A DNA stretch of 32,200 nt from Patescibacteria group bacterium (GCA_023484305.1 JAMDAL010000001.1:1-32200); one strand, 5' to 3'. Shown: positions 16,201-24,843, numbered from the stretch's first letter. Translations and numbers: made by a program. The notes: generated by a model from the sequence alone, not told the origin.

Positions 16201-17689
16201 ACTCTTTTATTCCCCTAAGATATACTGCCTGCCATGGTTGATAGTTGGAATAAAAAGTTTTCTGAAAAATAACCTGGCCGTTTCTTTCCACCTTATAATC
16301 AAAAGAAGCCTTGGCTCCCCAGGCGCTAAAATCAACCTGTTTGATTTCGCCTTTGGGCAAAGCCGGGTCGTCCTGATACAGGTCGGGCGGCGCAGGCGTT
16401 TGGTCCCAGACCACAGGCTTGGTTAAGGTTACATGGCGGTTGTCCTTTTGTCCATAAAGATCAAAGGTGAGCCGGTAGTTGGCGGTGTCGGTTATCGCCT
16501 GAACTAAAATATAATGTCCGGTGTCGTTTTTAATTTTCAAATCGTTGGTCGGGCTGTAAACTGTGGCATCAATTCCGGGCGGGCTGTCCTGTTCGTAGTA
16601 GCCGACGCGGTAAGCATGGGCCCAGCGTTCCACAATCGGCAGGCCGGCGTTAAGGGCAGAGCGAAAAAGGGTGGTGGAAACCTGGCAGACTCCGCCGCCG
16701 TCTCCCAAAATAGTTTTGCCGTCTTTAATAATATACGCCTGTTTATAGCCGGTAAAAGCAGAAATATCTCCAAGCGCCCGGTTAAACGAAAAAGTTTCTC
16801 CGGGAGCAATTAAAACGCCGTTTAAACGCGAAGCGGCCAGAGATATATTGTAAACCCGGTTTTCTATGGAATGATAAAAAGTGGAAGTTCCTGAACCGAT
16901 TAGTTCTTTGATGCCGTAATCGTTGGCGCGATCCGTGGTAATTTCCGGTTTAACCAAATTAACGGTTAAAGGGATATCAATTTCAGTTGGCGTTAAAGAC
17001 AGGGCTGTTAAGCCGTCGGCCTTTTTTCGGAAGGAATTTTCGCTTTCACTTTGATTTAATCTGCGGCCGTTTTTTGAGATTTGGAAGCTGACCACGCGGT
17101 TGTTTTCAAATCGGAATAAAGCGTTTTGCGGGGCGATATTAATTTGTCCGGCCAATAGTGTTAATATTTTTTGCAGTTGGTTTTGGTCATAGGAAACGGA
17201 CAAGGACAGTTGCAAGGGGTTTTTATTGGCAAATAATTTTAAGTATAAATCGGAAAAAAAATTGCCGCTTCTGCCCAACAGATAAGCCTGGTCGGAAAGC
17301 AGTTTTGCGTTATAACCCAAATTTAACTCTGCGGCGCTGGCAGTGGCGGCAAAATTTTCATAGCTGAAAGTAAGACGCAGATTTTTAAATTTATTGTTTT
17401 GGTCTATAAAATATTTTTGAACCTCCTGTGGGCTTTTTCCGCCCAAATCAACTCCGGCAATGGTTATGCCGGGATATACTTTGCCCTGGTATGTTTTTTC
17501 AAACGACAAATAGTAAAACAAAAAAAGAATAAAAAGGCCCAATATACAGCCGGCTAGAAAGAAGAAAACCAAAACACTCAAAGAGGTTTTTGTCTTTTGG
17601 GTTTTATCCTCATATATCAATCCTTCTTTTTCCCGGATAAGGGTTGAGCGCTGATATTTTTTTCGTCGGGGTTTTTTGCTTTTGGCCAT
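16199..17689 (-). CDS. VanW family protein with peptidoglycan-binding (PG_binding_4) region
   Basis: N-terminal TM; YPGITIAGVDLGG, PGETFSFN, GGGVCQVSTTLF, GIDATV; TGnTAAAAT 6 nt before the ATG. Confidence 0.92.
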   Translation of the reverse strand: MAKSKKPRRKKYQRSTLIREKEGLIYEDKTQKTKTSLSVLVFFFLAGCILGLFILFLFYYLSFEKTYQGKVYPGITIAGVDLGGKSPQEVQKYFIDQNNKFKNLRLTFSYENFAATASAAELNLGYNAKLLSDQAYLLGRSGNFFSDLYLKLFANKNPLQLSLSVSYDQNQLQKILTLLAGQINIAPQNALFRFENNRVVSFQISKNGRRLNQSESENSFRKKADGLTALSLTPTEIDIPLTVNLVKPEITTDRANDYGIKELIGSGTSTFYHSIENRVYNISLAASRLNGVLIAPGETFSFNRALGDISAFTGYKQAYIIKDGKTILGDGGGVCQVSTTLFRSALNAGLPIVERWAHAYRVGYYEQDSPPGIDATVYSPTNDLKIKNDTGHYILVQAITDTANYRLTFDLYGQKDNRHVTLTKPVVWDQTPAPPDLYQDDPALPKGEIKQVDFSAWGAKASFDYKVERNGQVIFQKTFYSNYQPWQAVYLRGIKE

Positions 17690-17735
17690 AGCTTAATTTT
17701 AACAGATAGAAGACCGGCGGCAAAATAATTTAAGC

Positions 17736-17903
17736 GGCACAAAATTTCGCGTACGCTACAGCTTGTGTCAGTTGTGTCTGGAAGATATTGATAAGAAGAA
17801 GTAAGCTGTGGGCAGAAAAATACAGGCATATACTTAGGGCTTGATGGCGCTATATAAAGATAAATAAAACTTTTTAATGCGTGAAGTTTTGTAAAAAATG
17901 CCA
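17736..17903 (+). ncRNA. Candidate structured RNA or folded element, family unknown
   Basis: 15-bp closing helix 17739-17753/17878-17892 plus internal helices; non-Watson-Crick positions are G-U on the + strand. Confidence 0.4.
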
Positions 17904-17979
17904 CAGCAAAAAATTATAAATATTAAAATTATAAATATTATGTATTTTATACCACAAAAAAACTATTTTGACTGACCCC

Positions 17980-18008
17980 TTGCACTTCTTGCTAATTTTT
18001 TCTAGACT
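17980..18008 (+). promoter_or_regulatory. Sigma70 promoter for the solute-binding protein
   Basis: TTGCAC-17-TAGACT. Confidence 0.6.
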
Positions 18009-18020
18009 GGAAATACCACT

Positions 18021-18151
18021 TGTCATTCCCGCGCAGGCGGGAATCTATATGAGTATTGTTCGAACAGCGAGAACTTCTCACTTTCTGCCTGTCCGGCAGG
18101 CAGGCGTTCGAAGAATATATTTATGGATTCCCGATTAGACCGGAAATGACA
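18021..18151. repeat. Three-layer nested palindromic element
   Basis: Outer TGTCATTCC..GGAAATGACA; middle TATTGTTCGA..GAGAACTTCTC..TCGAAGAATA (18054-18117); inner CTGCCTGTCCGGCAGGCAGG (18085-18104). Confidence 0.88.
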
Positions 18152-18160
18152 AATGTAAAA

Positions 18161-19489
18161 ATGAAAAAACTGTTTTCTGTTATCTGTTTACTGTTTTCTG
18201 TTTTTCTTCTTTCCGGATGTAATTTGCCGCTGGTGGGGCAGTTGGGCAGTCCGCAAAAAGTTACCCTGCAATATTGGGGCTTGTGGGAACAGCCGCAGGT
18301 TATACAGTCTCTTATTAACGATTATCAAAAGCTTCATCCCAACGTTACCGTAATTTATAAAAAAATGTCGCCGCAAAGCTACAGGGAAACCATTACCGCG
18401 CGTTTGGCCGAAGGCACCGGTCCGGATATTTTCCGCTTTCATAATACCTGGCTGGCGATGTTAAAAAACAATTTGAGTCCGGTGCCAAGTTCGGTAATGA
18501 GCGCGGCCCAAATGGACAGCAGTTTTTATCCCGTGGTGAAAAAAGATTTAAAAATCGGCAGCCAGTATTACGGCCTGCCTTTGGAAATTGATACTTTGGG
18601 GCTTTACATTAATACGGACATCTTAAATGCCGCCGGGGAAAAACCGCCGGCAACCTGGGAGGATTTTAAAAATTTGGCGCAAAAACTGACAGTCAAGGAC
18701 GCCGGCGGAAAAATTCTGACCGCCGGCGCGGCAATAGGTACAACCAATAATGTGGAACACTGGAGCGATATTTTAGGATTAATGATGCTGCAAAACGGTA
18801 CGGATATGAATAAAGTCGGCGCCACAGTTTTATCCGACGGCAGCAATGCCGGAGTTGACGCCTTAAATTATTATGTTTCCTTTGCCAAGGGCGACAGCCG
18901 GGTTTGGGACGATACGCTGGATAACTCCATGAATGCTTTTGCTTCCGGGAAAACCGCGATGTTTTTCGGTCCTTCCTGGGAAGCCTTTGATATTAAAACG
19001 CTTAATCCTTCCGTTAATTTTGAAGTGGTGCCGGTGCCGCAGCTTTCCGGAACCAATATCACCTGGGCCACATACTGGGTGGAAGGCGTTGCCCGGCGCA
19101 GCAAAAACCAGCAGGCTGCCTGGGATTTTCTTAAATTTTTATCCTCACAGGAAGAACTGAAAAAGTTTTACAGTCTGTCTTCAAATCTGCGGCTGTTTGG
19201 AGAACCCTATCCTTATATCAGCATGGCGTCTTTAATAAACAGCGATCCTATTGCCGGAGCTTTTGTCAAACAAGCCCCAAATGCCACATCCTGGTATTTG
19301 GCCTCGCGCACTTTTGATAACGGTTTAAACGACAAAATGATTGCCTATTTTGCCGATGCGGTTAACGGAGTTTATAAAGAGACAACTACGGCCAAAAGCG
19401 CCCTGGAAACCGCGGAAAAAGGGGTTAATGCTCTCTTGGTTCAGTATGGTCTAAGCTCCGGTAATGCCGGACAAGCTCCGAGCCAATAA
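18161..19489 (+). CDS. Extracellular solute-binding lipoprotein (sugar ABC, family 1)
   Basis: Start reassigned to MKKLFSV...LLSGC (lipobox); GPDIF, YGLPL, PPATWEDF, AWDFLKFL. Confidence 0.9.
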   Translation: MKKLFSVICLLFSVFLLSGCNLPLVGQLGSPQKVTLQYWGLWEQPQVIQSLINDYQKLHPNVTVIYKKMSPQSYRETITARLAEGTGPDIFRFHNTWLAMLKNNLSPVPSSVMSAAQMDSSFYPVVKKDLKIGSQYYGLPLEIDTLGLYINTDILNAAGEKPPATWEDFKNLAQKLTVKDAGGKILTAGAAIGTTNNVEHWSDILGLMMLQNGTDMNKVGATVLSDGSNAGVDALNYYVSFAKGDSRVWDDTLDNSMNAFASGKTAMFFGPSWEAFDIKTLNPSVNFEVVPVPQLSGTNITWATYWVEGVARRSKNQQAAWDFLKFLSSQEELKKFYSLSSNLRLFGEPYPYISMASLINSDPIAGAFVKQAPNATSWYLASRTFDNGLNDKMIAYFADAVNGVYKETTTAKSALETAEKGVNALLVQYGLSSGNAGQAPSQ

Positions 19490-20441
19490 TAACAAGAATA
19501 GATGCCAGAGGTACGGCAAAAATCGATCCCCAGACTCCGGCGACTTTTAAGCCGACCAAAAAAGACAAAAGGACCACCACAGGATGAATGCGCATAGCCC
19601 TGCCCCAAAGCTTGGTAGCCAAAATATTAAGTTCCACCTGCTGAATAATAAAAATAACAAAAGTCAGCCATAAGGCCGAAGGCAGCCCGAGCGTTAAACC
19701 GGCGATAAAAGGCGGCAAAAGGCCCAAAAGAGGGCCAATTATCGGGATAACTGTCAGTACCGCAGAAAGAAAGCCGGCCACCAGGGCAAAGGAGGGCACA
19801 AAAATCTGCAAAAATATAAAAACAATCAGCCCGAAAATAATTCCCAAAACCACCTGAACCCTGATAAATCCGGCAAAAGTGTTGTCAATAACGCCCCGGA
19901 AATACTCAACCTCTTTATGGTAATTGTTTGGTACAAGAAGCAAAAACCACTGCCAGATTTTTTGTTTGTCCAAAAGAAGATAAAAAGATAAAAATAAAAT
20001 AAAGAAAAAATAAAAAAGGAAAGATGCCACCCTGCCGGCAATGGTCACAGAATTTTCCAGAACCGAAAAACTGACGTCCAGAATTCTGTTGGCCCAGCCC
20101 GGAATGTAGCGGTTAAAAGTGGGAGCCAGCGTAAGCAAATTGTTGATCTGGGCCACAATAATTGGCACGGCTAAAATAAACAGCCCAACAATAAAAACCG
20201 TAAAAACACCGTATATAACAAAAGCAGCGCCAAGACGGGAAACCCCCATTTTGATTAAACGCTCCAAAAGCGGTTCAAACAAAAAAGAAATAAGCCAGGA
20301 TAAAAGCAGGACCAGAATAATGTCAGAAAAAAGATAAAGAAACTTTAAAACATAACTGGCCAAAAACAGGGCCGCAACAACAGAAAGCATAATAGAGAGA
20401 AGACGCAGAGAACCGATTTGGTCAGATAAATTTTTAAACAT
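19425..20441 (-). CDS. AI-2E (UPF0118) family transporter
   Basis: Multi-TM; IPIIGP, QQVELNIL, IHPVVVL, GSIFAVP; start at ATG 20441. Confidence 0.9.
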   Translation of the reverse strand: MFKNLSDQIGSLRLLSIMLSVVAALFLASYVLKFLYLFSDIILVLLLSWLISFLFEPLLERLIKMGVSRLGAAFVIYGVFTVFIVGLFILAVPIIVAQINNLLTLAPTFNRYIPGWANRILDVSFSVLENSVTIAGRVASFLFYFFFILFLSFYLLLDKQKIWQWFLLLVPNNYHKEVEYFRGVIDNTFAGFIRVQVVLGIIFGLIVFIFLQIFVPSFALVAGFLSAVLTVIPIIGPLLGLLPPFIAGLTLGLPSALWLTFVIFIIQQVELNILATKLWGRAMRIHPVVVLLSFLVGLKVAGVWGSIFAVPLASILVIIGSELVRHYRSLDHTEPREH

Positions 20442-20448
20442 ACAACTT

Positions 20449-20458
20449 ATGCTATCAT
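20449..20458. promoter_or_regulatory. Overlapping back-to-back -10 hexamers
   Basis: TAGCAT (minus) and TATCAT (plus), each 7 nt before a divergent ATG. Confidence 0.6.
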
Positions 20459-20465
20459 ACGGATA

Positions 20466-21347
20466 ATGAAAATAACAAGCTCGCAAATTCTGGCAATTTT
20501 ATACGCGGATATTTTTGATTATCCGTTAAAAAAGGATGAGTTAGAAAGGTGGCAGATAAAAGATAGGTATAAAAATTATAATGATTATAACAATTATAAA
20601 GTTTATACTTATAAGAACGGTTATTTCTGCCCTTACGGCCGAGAAAAAATCATTAATCTTCGTCAGCAAAGAAAAAAATATTCACAGCAGAAAATTCATC
20701 TGGCAAAAAAAACTGTCCAACTCTTACAAAAAATTCCTTTTATAAAACTGGTTGCCATTACCGGTGCCTTATCTATGTATAACAGTCCGCAGGAGGACGA
20801 CATAGATTTATTAATTGTGACGGAAAAAAACCGTTTATGGATTTCCCGATTTTTAGTTTCCATTTTCTTAGATGTGTTAGGAAAAAGAAGAAGGCCAAAA
20901 GATACAAACTTTCAGGACAAAATTTGTCTAAATATGTTTTTAGAAGAATCAAAGCTGCAAATTCCCCGGAGAGAACAAAATTTATACACAGCCCACGAGG
21001 TTTGCCAGATTATGCCAATTTACAACAAACTGCAGACGTATGAAAAGTTTCTGTCGGCAAATAAATGGACGAAGAAGTATTTACCAAACGGAGTCGACAA
21101 TAGGATATTAGGATATTATGATACCAGGCGAAATAAAGATAAATCACGTATTATCGTAATATCGAAATATCATAATATCATCTTAGATTTTCTTGAATAC
21201 ACAGCCTATAAACTGCAGTATATTTATATGAAATCCAGAATGACCAGGGAAACAGTGGAAAGAAAAAGGGCATTCTTCCATCCTCTGGACAGAACCAATT
21301 GGGTTTTAAAAGAATTCAATAAGCGATTAAAAGAGATTAATTGGTAA
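20466..21347 (+). CDS. Nucleotidyltransferase-domain protein (pol-beta-like), with repeat insertions
   Basis: YADIFDYPL; ITGALS...DDIDLLIV; KICLNMF; LYTAHEV; terminal FFHP. Confidence 0.75.
   Translation: MKITSSQILAILYADIFDYPLKKDELERWQIKDRYKNYNDYNNYKVYTYKNGYFCPYGREKIINLRQQRKKYSQQKIHLAKKTVQLLQKIPFIKLVAITGALSMYNSPQEDDIDLLIVTEKNRLWISRFLVSIFLDVLGKRRRPKDTNFQDKICLNMFLEESKLQIPRREQNLYTAHEVCQIMPIYNKLQTYEKFLSANKWTKKYLPNGVDNRILGYYDTRRNKDKSRIIVISKYHNIILDFLEYTAYKLQYIYMKSRMTRETVERKRAFFHPLDRTNWVLKEFNKRLKEINW
20568..20614. repeat. Nonamer TTATAA array inside CDS (YKNYNDYNNYKVYTYK)
   Basis: TATAA recurring at 9-bp period. Confidence 0.65.
21103..21179 (+). repeat. GATATT/AATATC element, copy 2 (ILGYYD...ISKYHNI)
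   Basis: 64/77 identical to the tsaD copy. Confidence 0.9.
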
Positions 21348-22323
21348 ACTCCTGGGCAAACATTTCGCCGTAGATGCCGCCATTAATAACTCCAATTCCC
21401 ACCTTGCCAAACTCCGGATTTAAAATGTTGGCGCGGTGCCCGGGGCTGTTCATCAGTCCGGTATCGGCAATATCCACGCCGGGCGCATAGGCCAGATTTT
21501 CCCCGGCCGCCTCAAAACTGATACCGGCATTTTTCATCCGGTCAAAAGGAGACAGGCCTTCGGGCGTATAGTGGGAAAAATAACCGCGATTAAACATATC
21601 TTTGTCGTGCGCCCGGGCCAGATTTTGCAATTTAGCGTCTAAAACCAGGGGTTTTATGCCGCGGCTAACCCTTTGTTGGTTAACATAGTTAAACATCGTT
21701 TGTTCCGCGGCCGAATCAGGACTGTAATTGGCGGTGGTAAAATGCAGGTTGATGTTTTCGCTGCCCTGCGGGTTAACCGTTAAAAAGTTCAGAGTGTCGT
21801 TTACCGCGCCGCCAAAAATATTATTTAAGGTCTGTTCCAGCCTTTGCGTTTTATCAACCAGGGGTTTTCCCAGCCTTGAAGATTCAATGCCGGCTTTAAC
21901 AACAGGAGAAATAGGCAGGGAAATTAAAAGGGTTAAGAAAAATGCCAAAACGATAAGTCCGTTTAAAAAAGAGGGGATAAAACCCAGGAGCCTGTTGCCC
22001 GGATAAAGCAGGATGTTTTTGGGCAGTTTTTCCAAAAGCAGCTGGCTTAAAAAGGCCAGGATAACTTCGGATAGAAAGCCGGCCAGCAAAAATCCCAGGG
22101 CGTCGGCAATGCCCTTGGTCAGTGAGAAATTTCCCACCAGCAGATAGGAAAGCAGGCCGTAGGACTTAAGGGCCAGAAAAAACGAGCCGCCAAACACCAG
22201 AAGTTCCAGAAATCCAGACAGAAAACCGCGCCCGATTCCGTCCACGACAAACCACAAGAGAACCAGTATTATAATAAGGTCCACCCAGTTGCCGTGAAGA
22301 AGAGGAAGGTTAGGTGGTAACAT
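21337..22323 (-). CDS. CvpA (colicin V production-like) plus CAP/SCP domain fusion protein
   Basis: NWVDLII..GIGRGF, NRLLG; C-terminal ARAH..DM...YFSH, GENLA, MNSPGHRANIL, GIG. Confidence 0.9.
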   Translation of the reverse strand: MLPPNLPLLHGNWVDLIIILVLLWFVVDGIGRGFLSGFLELLVFGGSFFLALKSYGLLSYLLVGNFSLTKGIADALGFLLAGFLSEVILAFLSQLLLEKLPKNILLYPGNRLLGFIPSFLNGLIVLAFFLTLLISLPISPVVKAGIESSRLGKPLVDKTQRLEQTLNNIFGGAVNDTLNFLTVNPQGSENINLHFTTANYSPDSAAEQTMFNYVNQQRVSRGIKPLVLDAKLQNLARAHDKDMFNRGYFSHYTPEGLSPFDRMKNAGISFEAAGENLAYAPGVDIADTGLMNSPGHRANILNPEFGKVGIGVINGGIYGEMFAQEFTN

Positions 22324-22340
22324 AAATTATATTTTTACCT

Positions 22341-22459
22341 TGTCATTCCCGGCCAGGAGGGAATCTATGTTATTGTTCGAACCGCCAACTGGCGGTGAGA
22401 ACTTCTCGCCTTGGGCTCGAAGAATATTGGTATAGATTCCTGCCTTCGCAGGAATGACA
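22341..22459. repeat. Three-layer nested palindromic element
   Basis: Outer TGTCATTCC..GGAATGACA; middle 22371-22426; inner ACCGCCAACTGGCGGT (22381-22396). Confidence 0.88.
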
Positions 22460-22524
22460 GGATGTGTCTTGTTAAACAGTATACCATACTATAACAGTTT
22501 AAGTTTAATTCTGCTGGTGGTAAA

Positions 22525-24843
22525 ATGGCGGATAATATGGAAAATCAAAAATCAAAAATCAAAAATCAAAATAGAAATTATTCTTCGAACGAAGCGAGAA
22601 GTTCTCGGCCCTTGGCCTCGAACAATAATTTATCGTTTTTACGCAAGTTAAACTCGTTTTTCCTTTTTGCCAGTAACAAACAAATTAGCGTTACTGTTGG
22701 CGTAATATTTTTGTTTTTAGTGGCCAGCTTTTACTGGTTTATCTTAAAAGATTTGCCCTTTCCCACCCAGCTTACCAGCCAAACCCCTTCCCAGACCACC
22801 AAAATTTTTGACAGGCACGGGGCACTTCTTTATGAAATTTATGTCAACCAGAACCGGACCATTGTTCCCCTGTCGCAAATCCCTCTTTATTTAAGAGAAG
22901 CCACAATTTCCATTGAAGATAAGGATTTTTACCGTCACGGCGGCATTAACGTGGTTAACGGCATGCTTCGGGCCGTTAAGGCGATGGTGATTAACCGGCA
23001 GGGCTTGCAGGGGGGATCAACGATTACGCAGCAACTGGTTAAAACTTCGCTTTTAACCCCGGAGCGGACAATTATCCGGAAAATAAAAGAAGTCGTTCTG
23101 GCAGTTATCACCGATAAAATTTATAGTAAAGACCAGATTTTGGCTATGTATTTAAACAGAGTGCCATACGGCGGTACGGCCTGGGGGGTAGAAGCCGCCA
23201 GCGAAAAATATTTTAATAAAAAAGTCAGCCAGCTGGGTTTGGCAGAGAGTAGTATGCTGGCCGGACTTCCGGCCGCGCCGACACTTTATTCGCCTCTGGG
23301 CAGCCACCCGGAATTGGCCAAAAAACGCCAGGCGGAAGTTTTGGGGCGCATGAGGGAAGACGGTTATATTACCCGCCAGCAGGAAGAAGAGGCAGAAAAA
23401 GAAATTCTGCACTACAACTTAAACAGCCAGCAAATTAAGGCGCCTCATTTTGTGATGTATGTCAAAGATTTGCTGGAGAAAAAATACGGAGAAAATTTGG
23501 TGGAGCGGGGCGGACTTCAGGTGACCACCACCTTGGATTTGCCCATTCAAAATTTTGCCCAGCAAACCGTGGCCAGCGAAGTGGCAAAGTTAAAAACCCT
23601 GGACGTTGGTAACGGCGCGGCCCTGGTGACAGAACCGGCAACCGGAGAAATTTTAGCCATGGTGGGCTCAAGGAATTATTTTGACACCACTCACGACGGC
23701 AATGTTAATGTCACTTTGGCCTTAAGACAACCGGGCTCTTCTATTAAACCGGTTAATTATGCGCTGGGGCTTCTCAAAGGAGCCACGCCGGCGACCCTTT
23801 TTATTGATGAACCAACCTGTTTTGCCAATATTGCCGGACAAAAACCCTATTGTCCTGTTAATTATGACGGCAAATTTCATGGCCCGGTGCAGCTGCGGTT
23901 TGCCCTGGGCAACTCCATTAATATTCCGGCTGTCAAAATGCTGGCCGAAAACGGAGTACACAGCATGGTGGCAACGGCTTCGGCTATGGGGATTAGTACC
24001 TGGACTGATGAAAGCCGTTTTGGTTTATCACTAACTTTGGGAGGGGCAGAAGTGCGTATGACCGATATGGCTACAGTTTACGGCGTTTTTGCCAACGCCG
24101 GGGCCAGGGTTGACCTTAACCCGGTCTTAAAAGTGGTGGACAGTTCGGGCAGGGTTTTGGAAGAAAATAAACAGGCTTACAGCTGGGACAAGAAACAAAC
24201 CCATTCGCTTTTGGATATTAACGGCAAAAGAGTTTTACCCTGGGATGTCACCTATTTAATTTCCCACATTCTTTTGGATAATAACGCCCGGTCGATGGAG
24301 TTTGGAGACAACAGCCCCCTGCGCGTTTCAGGGCACAGCGCTGTTTCTGTCAAAACCGGCACCACTGACGATAAGCGGGATAACTGGACCATCGGGTACA
24401 CCCCTTCCTATGTCGTGGCAGTTTGGGTTGGCAACAATGACAATACGCCGATGAATCCGTATTTGTCATCCGGTATTACCGGGGCAGCGCCTATTTGGAA
24501 TAAGATTATGACCTATTTGCTAAAAGATTCCAAAGACCAGTGGCCCTTAATGCCGTCTGATATTGTTGGTATGCAGATTTGCAGCCTGTCGGGGAAGTTG
24601 CCCGGAGACACCGGGTGTCCCGCGCGTTTTGAATATTTTATCAAAGGCACAGAACCAACCCAGGTTGACGATAGCAGAAAGAATGTTTTAGTTGATAAAA
24701 CCACAGGAGGATTGGCCAAACCCGGACAGACGGATAACGTGGAAGAGCAAATGCACACCGTGGTCAAAGACGCTTTTACCGGCTTTTGTGTGGACTGTAG
24801 CTCCACCAGTTCTTCAACTTTGGTGACAACGTGGAAGTTCTAG
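22525..24843 (+). CDS. Class A penicillin-binding protein (PBP1A type); true start may be 22537
   Basis: EDKDFYRH, GGSTITQQLVK, RKIKE, QPGSSIKP, NSIN, KTGT; TGGTAAAAT at 22518-22526 overlaps the first ATG. Confidence 0.96.
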   Translation: MADNMENQKSKIKNQNRNYSSNEARSSRPLASNNNLSFLRKLNSFFLFASNKQISVTVGVIFLFLVASFYWFILKDLPFPTQLTSQTPSQTTKIFDRHGALLYEIYVNQNRTIVPLSQIPLYLREATISIEDKDFYRHGGINVVNGMLRAVKAMVINRQGLQGGSTITQQLVKTSLLTPERTIIRKIKEVVLAVITDKIYSKDQILAMYLNRVPYGGTAWGVEAASEKYFNKKVSQLGLAESSMLAGLPAAPTLYSPLGSHPELAKKRQAEVLGRMREDGYITRQQEEEAEKEILHYNLNSQQIKAPHFVMYVKDLLEKKYGENLVERGGLQVTTTLDLPIQNFAQQTVASEVAKLKTLDVGNGAALVTEPATGEILAMVGSRNYFDTTHDGNVNVTLALRQPGSSIKPVNYALGLLKGATPATLFIDEPTCFANIAGQKPYCPVNYDGKFHGPVQLRFALGNSINIPAVKMLAENGVHSMVATASAMGISTWTDESRFGLSLTLGGAEVRMTDMATVYGVFANAGARVDLNPVLKVVDSSGRVLEENKQAYSWDKKQTHSLLDINGKRVLPWDVTYLISHILLDNNARSMEFGDNSPLRVSGHSAVSVKTGTTDDKRDNWTIGYTPSYVVAVWVGNNDNTPMNPYLSSGITGAAPIWNKIMTYLLKDSKDQWPLMPSDIVGMQICSLSGKLPGDTGCPARFEYFIKGTEPTQVDDSRKNVLVDKTTGGLAKPGQTDNVEEQMHTVVKDAFTGFCVDCSSTSSSTLVTTWKF
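22541..22628. repeat. (AAAATCA)4 array plus free-standing TCGA/GAGAA element in the PBP N-terminus
   Basis: Four perfect heptamers at 22541-22568; 22578-22628 (51 bp) is the reverse complement of the middle layer of the nested elements. Confidence 0.85.

Noticed and set aside
16106-16426. 106-aa plus-strand ORF and other short overlapping ORFs in the track
   Set aside because: Made of repeat sequence or antisense/alternate frames of well-supported genes.
17736-17903. 6S RNA, RNase P, SRP, tmRNA or a known riboswitch
   Set aside because: No signature sequences recognised; the asymmetric multibranch layout does not fit the 6S rod with central bubble.
17617-17904. 95-aa minus-strand ORF
   Set aside because: No recognisable motif; overlaps the VanW start, its promoter and the folded region.
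17911-17940. Tandem AAAATTATAAATATT x2
   Set aside because: Pure AT two-copy duplication with no second locus; cannot be assigned to a family.
18056-18160. 35-aa N-terminal extension of the solute-binding protein
   Set aside because: It is mostly translated repeat sequence; the lipoprotein signal begins at ATG 18161.
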